Source of the DNA: Bugula neritina
Taxonomy: Eukaryota > Animalia > Bryozoa
Direction of reading: 5' to 3'
Assembly: GCA_964035545.1 (NCBI GenBank)
Contig: OZ037767.1
Coordinates: forward strand, 11,418,581-11,482,580
Length of the DNA: 64,000 bases
In this document: positions 1 to 17,189 of the stretch, piece by piece
Numbering within the stretch: the stretch's first letter is position 1
How the letters are laid out: the number at the start of each line of letters is the position of its first letter
Made by a program: the position numbers and the translations under genes
The notes under the pieces: generated by a model
The model's database searches: none
Told to the model about the DNA's origin: nothing
What the model saw: the letters and a program-made list of their open reading frames with translations, nothing else

Positions 1-106
1 TATGTATCATTAACAATCTGAACACACTACATTATATTAGCTCTGTCACCCGTGATATCGAGCACTTTACTTTGCTGGAACTCCAACTAGATTGACAATC
101 AGCATA

Positions 107-107
107 C

Positions 108-200
<93 letters not shown>
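107..200. repeat. (TA)n microsatellite flanking the 3' end of a Penelope-like fragment
   Basis: Uninterrupted TA dinucleotide tract. Confidence 0.95.
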
Positions 201-233
201 GTTTCACGTAGTGCAAGCTACGATCATCAGGTC
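201..233 (-). ncRNA. Partial hammerhead ribozyme at the PLE 3' end
   Basis: Minus strand reads gac-CTGATGA-tcgtag-cttgca-ctacgt-GAAAC and then runs into (TA)n. Stem II pairs; stem III and the cleavage triplet are absent. Confidence 0.65.
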
Positions 234-600
234 GTTGTATGTACGCTTGAGTGATTTTGTTTTAAAAGTAGCATTATTTATGTATCGTTACGCTGGAATG
301 ACTTAACTAGCGTCTGTTAAATGTGCAAGTAAAAATCTACGCTTGTGTCTGCACGTGGTGGAGAGCTCTTTTCGTTTGTTGAGGGAGGATAATTCCAGTT
401 GTTTTAAAATTAAATATTTTTCATAGCTGCATAAGTTACATCTGTTGGTTAGGTTTGAGTAGGATTTGCAAATTTTTAAAATATTCCATTTTAAGCTAAA
501 TTTCGTGTTGTTGTCTTTTAAATTCCAGATGTGTCTGCTGAGTTGTATGCTGTTGGCTTTATGTGCATGTAGAAAAGAGGCTTTATGGTTATTGAATCTT
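201..600 (-). mobile_element. Penelope-like element 3' fragment: GIY-YIG endonuclease C-terminus, probably Naiad-type
   Basis: ORF 303-623 reads RFNNHKASF...LSRHIWNLK...KWNI...CNLCSYEK...LNKRKEL...CRH, the CxxC/CRH-type GIY-YIG tail of PLEs. A hammerhead core and (TA)n follow it. Confidence 0.75.
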
Positions 601-605
601 ATATA

Positions 606-786
606 TAAATAAGTAATGAACAATAAAATTTGATTTAAAACACTTTATTACTATTAGTTTTATGTGCATTATATATACACAATCTTCATCTCAACATTTT
701 ATCTGAAGATTGTGCATATATAATGCACATGAAACTAATAGTAATAAAGTGTTTTAAATCAAATTTTATCGTTCATAACTTTTATT
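606..786. repeat. Imperfect inverted repeat (fold-back), about 80-bp arms and a short loop
   Basis: About 606-688 is the reverse complement of about 704-786, with a few mismatches. Confidence 0.9.
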
Positions 787-840
787 CACTTTGCTCTGCA
801 CTGCATTGAGCTCTCTTTAGTGGTAAACTATACACCATTT

Positions 841-848
841 TATATACA

Positions 849-938
<90 letters not shown>

Positions 939-960
939 TGTGTATATATATATATATATA
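841..960. repeat. (TA)n microsatellite
   Basis: TA tract; source of the spurious YIYI ORFs. Confidence 0.95.
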
Positions 961-2324
961 TTATAAATAGGTATACGAGAAACATTGTTATTTATTACTT
1001 TATTAGGTAAAGTAATTACACTGATATTTCGGGTACCACTGTACCCATCTTCAGAGTAGCAATGAATGAAATTCAAAAATTATTATGTTACGTTAGACGT
1101 TATGCATGACACAAAGAATAGAGAGTGGCAGTTATTGTAAATTATTGAAACTTAAAGGAGATAATCTTATTTTATATATTACGCAGGTCAAAAATTATAC
1201 TGATTTTTTGCATAAAAAATAAATTAGAGTTGACAAAAAAATAGATATCCAAATATAAAAACAGCAAGAATTAGTGAAACTATGTGAGAGTTGAGTAGTG
1301 TGGAGCTATTGATATAGTTTTAGTGGTATGGAGTAATTTTGTTTATTGAGTTGCGGTTTTATTTGTTTAATGTAGAGAGCTTCGGCTACTTTTCGATGGT
1401 GGATTCCTTTAAATGAATGATTTAAAACTGTTACATTGTCTATTGATATGTTTCCATGATTAGTGGTAGAGATGTGTTGATAAATTTTGGAATTGATGTC
1501 ATTGCAGTGTTCATGTATCCTGTGTGATAGGCGACGTCCGGTTTCGCCTACATATGTTTGTTGACAGGTAGCTTCAGGGCAGGTTATTTTGTAGACTAGG
1601 TTGTGAATGTGTTCTTTGATGGTTTTATCTTTGAGATTGAAATGTGAACTTAAGGGGGTTCCTTTAAATAAAATCCGGGCATTGAGTTCATTTGAAAAAG
1701 AGTCTGTAATTAATTTATTGAGGGAGCGAATTAGTTTTTCTCCTGTTACTCCTTTATAAGGCAGCTGAAGTAAAATGTGTTTCCTGTTGTCTTTTTCACT
1801 GAATAGTCCGTCACCAATGTTTTTAATAGTTTTCTCTATTACATATTTAGGGTAACCATTTTTATGTTCAAAAACATTTCGAATATAGTTTAGTTCTTGG
1901 GTCTTAAGTGCTGGAGTAGAACAGATTTTATTAGCCCTTAATACTAGTGACTTGAGTGTGCTTAGCTTCCATGTTTTTAGTGAGAACGAGTTCCAATGTA
2001 AATATGTATCGTTATGTGTTGGTTTGCGGAATACTGTGGTTTCCACTGAGCTATTGTGTCACAAAACTGTAACATCCAGAAAAGAAAGTGATTTATTGGT
2101 TTCTAGTTCGTGAGTAAATTTTATGTTAGGATGAAAATTATTAAGTGTGTTGAGTGTTGTGTTAATATAATCAGGGTCTATTGTTGCAAATGTGTCATCT
2201 ATGTATCTCACCCAAGGTGACATTGAATTCAACTTTGGTATTACTTTCTGTTCTAGTTTTGTCATGAATATATTCGCAATTATTAGTCCTAGAGGAGATC
2301 CCATAGCAACACCATCCGTCCGTG

Positions 2325-2325
<1 letters not shown>
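961..2325 (-). mobile_element. 5'-truncated Penelope/Poseidon-type retroelement (RT C-terminus + GIY-YIG), with one frameshift
   Basis: ORF 2059-2304 has [20 protein letters not shown] and FLDV. ORF 1306-2046 has VFRKPTH, LVYKITC..C..YVGETGR.L..RI.EH and EALYI...P.LN. A hammerhead lies in the 3' region, and (TA)n flanks both sides. Confidence 0.92.
1020..1057 (-). ncRNA. Minimal type I hammerhead ribozyme in the Penelope pLTR
   Basis: Minus strand reads act-CTGAAGA-tgggtac-agtg-gtaccc-GAAA-ta-TC-agt. Stem I is ACT/AGT, stem II is GGGTAC/GTACCC, and stem III is a minimal palindrome. Confidence 0.85.
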
Positions 2326-2366
<41 letters not shown>

Positions 2367-2371
2367 TATAT

Positions 2372-2442
<71 letters not shown>
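2326..2442. repeat. (TA)n microsatellite
   Basis: TA tract at the 5' truncation point of the Penelope element. Confidence 0.95.
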
Positions 2443-2445
<3 letters not shown>

Positions 2446-3087
2446 CTAGAATTTGTGAATTCAGAATCAGCACAAAATTTCAATCTAGAAACAAGATAAT
2501 GTAATTTTTTGAGTTTTTTGTGAAGTTACTAAAATCTAGACTAATAAGATATTTCACCCATATTTAACAACATAGCCTGAATAACAGCACAAGCAGGTAC
2601 AAACATCTGTCCATGTTTTAGGTAAGGCACACGATGTCGGAACTTTGGCTATTGACCACAGGCTTTTTAAGTTTAGAGCGCTTTCAAAACCATCTAGGCT
2701 GACTAACATGATCATCTCTTCTTTCAATGTTTATAACTACTCTTTGACTGTACAACAGATCCTAGAGCTGTTTGAACATCCGTGTGGTGCTCATGGTAAC
2801 TATAACATTTACTCAGTAGGCACTAGCTTTATAATGCAGTGCATTCACAACTGCTGCAGTAAAGTGCCATTAAGCATGTGGCAGCAGAAAATTAGTTGCA
2901 AGAAGCAAAAGCAAGGGAAATTAATTTTGAATTTGTGTAAACAATTCTTTGCCTTGCTAGCTAATTTGGATATAGCAATAAATCTTACCTCCTTCCCTCA
3001 ATTAATGGCATTCACATTTTGTTAACATGCATGTATAGTAAAACATGCATGTTATACTATACATGTGTATACTATACATGTGTGCAG

Positions 3088-8564
<5,477 letters not shown>

Positions 8565-10884
8565 TTCTTGCATTAAACAGTACATGGCTCTGTACAGTTG
8601 AGACAGCAACAGACTATATTCTGCAGACTAAACTAGTTTTTTTTAGAATTTATACAATTGTTTGGCATAGCATCACACATCACACTAAGTTCTGAATATA
8701 ACTAATTGTTTTTTCAATGTTTTGTCTGGTAATTCTGTGGTTTGTAAAAATGTCATCAATAGAAATATATAATATGAGTTGACTGTCTAACACTTCGGTA
8801 CGTGTTAATTAACCTACTAGGAAAGTGCTGCAACTGTCATATTCTGTTGAAAATACTTCTCTTGTGCAAGAAGCTGAAAACTGATTAAAAAGTTTTGAAT
8901 TTACATTATATTATGATGGGTAGACAGGGTAAAACTATAACAGAAAATTTTTTACAAGACATATATATATATATGGGTTATTTTACTTTATTTAATACAC
9001 AGTAGCAAATTATGACAAAGGCCCAAAATTCACTAAAATTCACTATATAGGGTAAATTTATGTGCTAATTCTAACTGTACATGGCTAAAAAGAGCTGGAA
9101 GAGTTATGCAAACTTGAAGCACAAGTCATTGTAGTATAAACTTAATATATGTATATGGGATGAACAAACCAATTCACCGCGGCACATACCAAATTACTGA
9201 AAAATTAGAAAGAAAACATAGAAAACCAAGCAAAAAATATATATATATAATTTTTATTTTTTTAAATAATAGATTTTACTAATTCATGCACGTATTATTG
9301 GAAAAACCAATAGGGCTATTTAAACTATAGAAATTAAGAGTATTATATATTAATTTAGGCAATTATTACTATAAAACAATATTGTTGTGTTTAATAATAA
9401 CCACCAAAGACCGGATGTGTAATAATGAAAGACATAAAGTGCTGGATTCATATTGTGGTTTAAAAATTACGTGTAGGTAGCTTTTTGTGATTGCCAAACT
9501 AGCTGTGCATGAGCAGTGCCATACAAAATGCAGAAAAGCATAGAATAGCTAACATAGCATAGTAAACTTTAATCAAAGCTGTGATGATGTGTGCTTGGGG
9601 GACGGAGCTTTTTGCTTGTATACTAGCATACTGCAACAAGAAGTTTCAACGCTTTTGGAATGTTCCAACAAAATATATTCAATAAATAATAATTGTAAGT
9701 TTCTTCATATTAAAGTATAGTATATCATTAAGCTGTGTTGCTATAAATGAAAAATTTGTGTATGTCATGTGTTTCAAAACAGAATATCCCTGTGTGTAAA
9801 ATCTAACTAAATTGACAAAGAATACATGTAATATGGCCCTGGTACAGAGAGATAGGCGTAATATATTTTTCTCCCTATATAATATACATGCAGCTATGTT
9901 AGTCAGTCTCTCCCAGACTTCAATTTCATCACCAGACTACAAAGAGTCACCTACGAATTACCCCCAATTCATTACCTACTGAGTACTGTAAAGACACTTG
10001 GGCTAATATCTTTCAACTCTCCGAACAGTGTTGTCTCCACTTACATGAGTGCAGAAAGTGTTGGAAATATCTATATTCAACTCTCGGCTCTGATAGTCAC
10101 ATCCTTTCTCCAACTAAAGAATGAAACTGCTAGCTCAGGTTCATTTGCATATCCTTCACTTGCTCTCAGACTTAAGTTATGTTTCACAGGCTATAGAGCA
10201 CTTTAAGTTAGTTTTATGCACATTAGTTGGTATTAGTAGTATAGTAATTTACGGAATACTACATCGGTTAACTCTCTTTATGTCATATGTAAATTATTGC
10301 GGTAGAATGACACAAGTCTCTACGATATATACCAACTGTCTATTTTGATGGATTGCGCTTCATTAATTTTCTGGGATTAGTGTTTTTCAAATAAAATTAG
10401 GTCATCTTATTACTACTAGTAAGCAATTCTTTACGAATCGTTTTATTCAAATGAAAACTACTTTAGTGATTTGTTGCTGATCAATTAACTTTTGTTTAAC
10501 AAGAGTGTGGAGTGAATCCATGTTGTTGTGATCTGGAAGCTGTAACGCATACTAGCTGTGTACTGCTCTTAACATTCATGCTGACAACCAGCTGCACTAC
10601 AGTGAAACAGGTTTGTTTATATGTATGTAGAGGAGGGTGGGGATAGTTGCACAAAAAATTGCGCTTTTGAGTATCAGTTTTTAAAGAACTATTTTGCCAA
10701 TCAAAGCCTAGCACCATTAAAGTCAGTCATATGTTGCTGTCTTTGTCTATTAAAACTAAATACATAAACATTTTACTCTCTGAGATAGAGCCATTTTTTG
10801 CCAGGAAGTTTTTTGGCACAACTCGCCTTGTTAGGGGGGTATATTGAACCAGTAATACTTATCTTATAATATGGAATATGAGAT

Positions 10885-11230
10885 ACGGGGGTGAACCAGA
10901 GTCGGACCACATCAAATCACCACCAATGGAGTTGTGGAGCGCAACAATTGGATGCCAGGAGAGGCGCTGAGAAGCCTACTCCTAGGCAAGAGTCGGGAAG
11001 AATAGGATGTGGTGTTGCCCCAGATCATGCGGGCTTGCTGCAGCACACCATTTTCTAACAGCCAGGAAACCCCTAACTTCCTAATGCTCAGTCGGGAGAC
11101 CTAGGTTCCCTACCACCTAGTATACCACGTTCCCCTTCCGGAGGACCTCTCCACAAGTATGTGGGTAGCAACACAAATTTATGCATATATAAGGAGGTGC
11201 AGAGCCCAGTGTGATCAGTTAGGAGCCAAC
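10885..11230 (+). pseudogene. Degenerate Gypsy integrase fragment, related to the element at 39189-46011
   Basis: Translates to GVNQSRTT...NGVVERNN...EALRSLLLG...EE*DVVLPQIMRA...QETPNFLML, which matches ORF 41594-42478. Confidence 0.8.
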
Positions 11231-11482
11231 ACTGGACAAAATCACTTCAACTTACTACTAGGATATAGTTATCTATATATCATAATTATATAAGTATTTT
11301 TATTACATATGTGAGGAGTTACCTGCTTGGGCTTCTTTTCTAATTGAGCAGATGATAAACATTATAAACAGTTTTGTTTAGTTTATTTCAAAAAAGAGTC
11401 ACTGTGTTCGCAATATTGCATCAGCTAGTAACCCACTCAATTTCGTCAGCGAATGGCATTATTCATCGCATAAACTTACAAC

Positions 11483-11585
11483 AATATATATATATATATA
11501 TATTATATATACGTATATATTTATATACATATATATATATGTATATATATTATATATATATATATATACGTATATATTTATATAC

Positions 11586-11621
<36 letters not shown>

Positions 11622-11773
11622 TTATATACATATATATATATATGTATATATATTATATATATATATGTATATATATATAATATATATATACATATATACA
11701 TATATATATGTATATAAATATATACGTATATATATATATATATGTGTATATATATATATACGTATATATATAT
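11483..11773. repeat. Degenerate (TA)n microsatellite
   Basis: Direct inspection. Confidence 0.95.
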
Positions 11774-11779
11774 CTCAAT

Positions 11780-11824
11780 CTGTGGACAGCAGCTGTTTCG
11801 GGATTTGTCCCCTCGTCAGCACAG
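11780..11824 (-). ncRNA. Type I hammerhead ribozyme, copy 1
   Basis: Minus strand reads ctgtg-CTGACGA-g-ggga-caaa-tccc-GAAA-cag-ctg-ctGTC-cacag. All three stems pair and the cleavage triplet is GUC. Confidence 0.92.
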
Positions 11825-12049
11825 AACAGAGTACCATGGCCCACACCTTCGCAATAGTAAAAGTTATAGTTTACTAAAGCATATTTAAAAGGTGTGTAAA
11901 CTCAAGCCAGAGTGCTTAAGTGACTCTAGGGGTCACTTAGGAGTCACGAGCATTGCAAAATGCTAGCAGCTTGAGTTTGTGACCATGGTGAGAGTGCTCA
12001 ATCATTTAATGTCATTGCTGAGCATTAAATGAGAGCGTAATATCTCAAT

Positions 12050-12094
12050 CTGTGGACAGCAGCTGTTTCGGGATTTGTCCCCTCATCAGCACAG
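12050..12094 (-). ncRNA. Type I hammerhead ribozyme, copy 2
   Basis: Same as copy 1 but with a CTGATGA core; lies exactly 270 nt away. Confidence 0.92.
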
Positions 12095-12313
12095 AACAGA
12101 GTACCATGGCCCACACCTTCGCAATAGTAAAAGTTATAGTTTTACTAAAGCATATTTAAAAGGTGTGTAAACTCAAGCCAGAGTGCTCAAGTGACTCTAG
12201 GGGTCACCTAGGAGTCACGAGCACTGCAAAATGCTAGCAACTTGAGTTTGTGACCATGGTGAGAGTGCTTAATCATTTACTGTCATTGCTGAGCATTAAA
12301 TGAGAGCGTAATA

Positions 12314-12630
<317 letters not shown>

Positions 12631-12766
12631 AAAATGGTTTTACTTTTTAACATCAATGTATTTTGTGTTTGTTTTTAGTCAACTCAAACAGTCACCAACC
12701 AAAAATGTTAAATCCTCAGCTAAAGTTGGATAGGAAGATGTGTGTCAAGAAATGTTAGTACCTTAC

Positions 12767-15700
12767 TGTTTTATTCTCTTGATGTCTATTTATCTAGCAA
12801 TTATTAGTGGATTAGTTTTCATCTTCAAATTGTTTTAATCAAGCACCACAGTTAGTCAAACAGGAAGTGACTATCTTTTTTAAAAACAGAATAATAATTG
12901 ATCAGCTAAAACATCAAGAAAAGGTAACTCCAAGTTTACATAAACTGTGTAAATATTACAACATCCCCTCTTTAATTTCAGGCTACAACAAAAAAAATAA
13001 CACACAAAAGAAACGGTTTGACAACAGTAATTAAATCAAGTGCAACTTATACTACAGGCGTGGATAATAAATTATGTACAATCAAAATCTGTTAAATAGC
13101 GTGGCACTTTTCTGGTTCGCTCAGAACATCGTGTTGGGATATTAGTTATATCAGCTCTGTTACGTATTAAAGGTCCAGTGTCAATCATGACATTTGTTCA
13201 ACAAGTAATATTATCTGAAGAAGAGGCAGCATAGCCTTCTCTTTGCATATCTCTCACCATCACATTGTCTCCTTTATTTACTGGCAAAAGAGGGACACTT
13301 TGAGATTTTTGTCATGATTTTCTTTCATTTTCTCTTTATACTGATCGTTGCTCCCTTTGAATAAATCATGGTCAGGGAGTTCAGGTTTGAGTTTATCCGG
13401 ATGGATGGGTACAGTGGATCTCAATTTTCTACTCATTAACAATTCTGCTGGAGAGTATTAGCTAAACTGCGGTGAGGATCTATAGGCTAACAAAGCCAAA
13501 TAAGGATCTTTTTCTTTTGCAAGCATGCTTTTGACGTTCCTTACTCCTCACTCAGCTGCTCTATTTGCTTTGTGATAATGTGGACTGCTAGTCACATGGG
13601 TAAATCCATACTCGACAGAAAAATGTTTAAATTCTGCACTTGCATATTGCGGGCCGTTATCTGACAATAGTATTTCAGGTATGCCATGTTGTGAAAAAAT
13701 AGATTTTAGGTGTGTTATTACTTTACTTGAGGAAAAGTCAGAGTTTCCCAGCAAGGCAAGTTCAGGATACCTTGAATAATTATCAATAACCAGAAGATAT
13801 ACTTGGCCTTTATAGGTTAATAAATCGGTGCTAAGGTGTTTCCAAGGTCTATCTGGAGTTGCAGAAGGACGTAATGGCTCTGTAATTTTAGCTGCATGGA
13901 TTTTGCATTCAGCACAATTGCTGATCATAGCCTCAATAGCCTTCGGCATAAAAGGCCACCACACGCTAACTCTAGCCCGTGCTTGACATTTTGTAATGCC
14001 CAAGTGTCCTCTATGTATATCTTGCAACACCTGTTCTCTTTGAGCTAACGGTATCACCAATCAATTGCCAAGTGTCAAGAATCCTTTGCTTATTGTTAAA
14101 AGAGATCTTCTTTCAAAATAGGGCTTCAGAAGAACATCTTCAGTAGACAAATACCCTGGCCATCCATTTTCTACTAGTTTAATTACTTTTGACAGTATTT
14201 CATCTTCATGCTGTTCTAAACGAAGCTGCTCCAACCTGCTATCAGATCCATGTTAGTAGATGTTATTAATATAAAGTTCAATTTCCCTTTCTCTTGCTAT
14301 ATCAATCTCATTTGCTTCAGCAGTGTTATACCTAGAGAGAGCATCAGCTGCAACATTCTTAGACCTCTCACATGTCTGATAGTATACTGAAATCTTTGAA
14401 GTCTAAGTTTAAACCCTTGAATTCTTGGTGGAAGCCTGTCCAGAAAGATATTCCCAAGCAAAGTAATTAGTAGACGGTGATCAGTTTCAATAATCACATT
14501 CTTCATACCTAGTATATATGAAGAAAACTTTTCCATAGCCCAACAGACTGCTAAACTTTCCTTTTCTATGGCTGCATAACGCTTTTCAGTCTCTGTTAAA
14601 GATCGACTTGCAGCAGATATCAAGCGCCGAGAGCCATCCTGTTGAATTTGACAGAGTGTTGCCCCTAGACCTGCATTGCTAGCATCTGTTGTGATTATGG
14701 TGTCTTTGTCTACATCATAGACTGCTAGAACTGGTGCATTTTGAAATATTTCTTTTATTCTCTTGAAGGAGTTTTTTTGTTTGTTAAACTAGTGCCATGG
14801 AACATCTTTCTTCAACAGCATTCTAATTGGTTCACTCACAGCAGCTAATTCTTCGGAAAACTTAGCATACTGGTTGGTCATTCCAAGAAAACTTCGTACT
14901 GAGGTTACATTTTTCGGAGTAGAAAAATCCACTATTCCTTGAACTCAAGGGCAAACATGTATACTAGACTGATCTATGACATAACCAAGAAAATTAACAG
15001 ATGGTACTCCAAATTTATATTTGTCTTTATTGAGCGTAATGCTTGAAGCTTTAAGTTTTTCCAACACTATTTGCAATCTTGTGTCATGTTGCTCCTTGCT
15101 CTCACCAAAAACGAGTATGTCATCCATATGTATAACCACACCATCAACATCCTTCAAAATATTGTTTATTTCAGCAACAAAAATTTCTGGTGCACTGCAA
15201 AGGCCTTGAGGCAGTCGCAAATAGCGATATCGTCCAGAATGAGTCAAAAACGTTGTTAGTTTGCTAGATTCTTTGCTTAAAAAAATTTGCCAAAAACCAC
15301 TGTTTGCATCAATTTTGGAAAAAATTTGTCCTTGTCCTAATTGAGCTAAGCTGCTATCTACTGTTGCCATGGGTTGGAATTCTCTCAAAATATGCTTGTT
15401 TAGCTCTGTATAATCTGTGCAAATTCTCACCTTGTTTTGGCCAGGTTTAGGAACTACTACCATAGGTGCCACCCATGGAGTAGGTTCATCAACTTTAACA
15501 ATTACTCCATCCTCAATCATTTTCATCAATGCTTCATCTGCTAACTTTCTTCTAGGAAAAGGTATGGGTCTGGGAACATGGATAGCAAATGGTTTAGCAT
15601 CTTCTTTTAACGTAATGACATGCTCTGTATTTACTTTCCCCAATCCTTGAAACAGCTTCTCATCAACACACACATTTTCTATTTGGCATTGAGATGAATC

Positions 15701-17078
15701 TACAGAGATGAGGTTTAGTTTCTCACATGCACTACGGCTAAGCAATGGTGTAGTTTAATCTTGAATAACATAAAGGTCTTCATTTATGCGCTCATTCTTT
15801 GATGTTATCTGGCTCTTTATTGCTCCTAAACATGTCAAAAGTGTCTGCCCTGGGCCGTACAATTTTTTGCTAGTTGAGATTAGCTCTCCTGAGATGTGAT
15901 GTGGACCACATACACTAAGAGACGCACCAGTATCTAATTTAAATTTGATCCTTTGTCTTTTGTGTTAGTTGGTGCTTACTCTGAGATTGGTGTACCAGGA
16001 TTGAGAATCTATGGAGTTAATGAGATGTTACTTTTCTAAATAAAAATCTGTGTCACCCTTTTCTGGCTGTACTTCATTAACTCTATTCAAATTCCTACAC
16101 ACTCTCCATTTCGCACATTTAGTTCCATAAGCTGGACATCTCTGATTTTTGTAATGGCTTTTCCCACATTGCTCACATCTGTTCTTAGAATGTTTATCAT
16201 AAGCAACTTCAGAAGGGATTCTTGACTTCCTATTATCGACATTTTACACTCCGTTCACTTCCTCGGGTTATCGCTTTAAGCCTTGTAAACTTCTCAGCCA
16301 CTCTCAGTGACTTAATCACAAAATCTAAACTTAGTTTTTCGTCAACCTCTTTTATTAGTTTTTCTCTTTCATTAGAATCATTAATTCTAAAAATCAGTTT
16401 ATCTTTTATCATTGAATCTCTTTGATTGCCAAATTCACAACCTTGCGCCAGCCTTCGCAACTTCATCAAGTATACATCAATTGTATCTTCACTTTGGCTA
16501 CTGTTATGAAATTGAAATCTATTTAGCACAATACTAGTACGAGGATTACAGTACTCATGAAAACGCTTAATTACATCTTCTAGCTTTCTTCCAGCAACCC
16601 CTTCTACAATTTCAGTAATTTCTCCACTAACCTCTAGATTAAATTCTATTTGAGAATAAATTTCACGTACATCTTCACCACCACAATGTCTGAATAAGGC
16701 TAGTTTCCTTTTTTCTGCGGCTCTTGAGTTAGCATTTAGGTCTATTGCTAGCAAATAATCCTCAAATGACCTAATCCAACGCCGCCATTCTCCTGACAAA
16801 TCTTCTGCCCTTAAGTTCAATTGTCCAGGTGGTGAAATACCTTCCATCTTTTAAACTGACCATAAAATTATGCTGCCACCATGTTTTATTCTCTTGATGT
16901 CTATTTATCTAGCAATTATTAGTGGATTAGTTTTCATCTTCAAATTGTTTTAATCAAGCACTACAGTTGGTCAAACAGGAAGTGACTATCTTTTTTAAAA
17001 ACAGAATAATAATTGAACAGCTAAAACATCAAGAAAAGGTAACTCCAAGTTTACATAAAATGTGTAAATATTACAACA
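12767..17078 (-). mobile_element. Full-length degenerate Ty3/Gypsy LTR retrotransposon, Mag-like
   Basis: 197-bp TG..CA LTRs at 12767-12963 and 16882-17078 (4 mismatches by eye), 5-bp TSD CTTAC, PBS TGGTGGCAGC and PPT AAAGAGGGGA. Domain order is gag (16233-16847), PR (FKLDTGA), RT (HMDD), RNase H, integrase; stops and frameshifts present. Confidence 0.95.
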
Positions 17079-17189
17079 CTTACTACTTTTTTAAACTAGA
17101 TCTATTCAACTGTTGTACACCGTATATGTATAGTGCGGTTTGACTTTTATAAAACAATACAAGCTGGTAAGTGCAAAGTGTTACAAACA

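Noticed and set aside
234-302. SECIS element downstream of the Naiad-like ORF
   Set aside because: No AUGA/AA/GA kink-turn stem is recognisable by eye.
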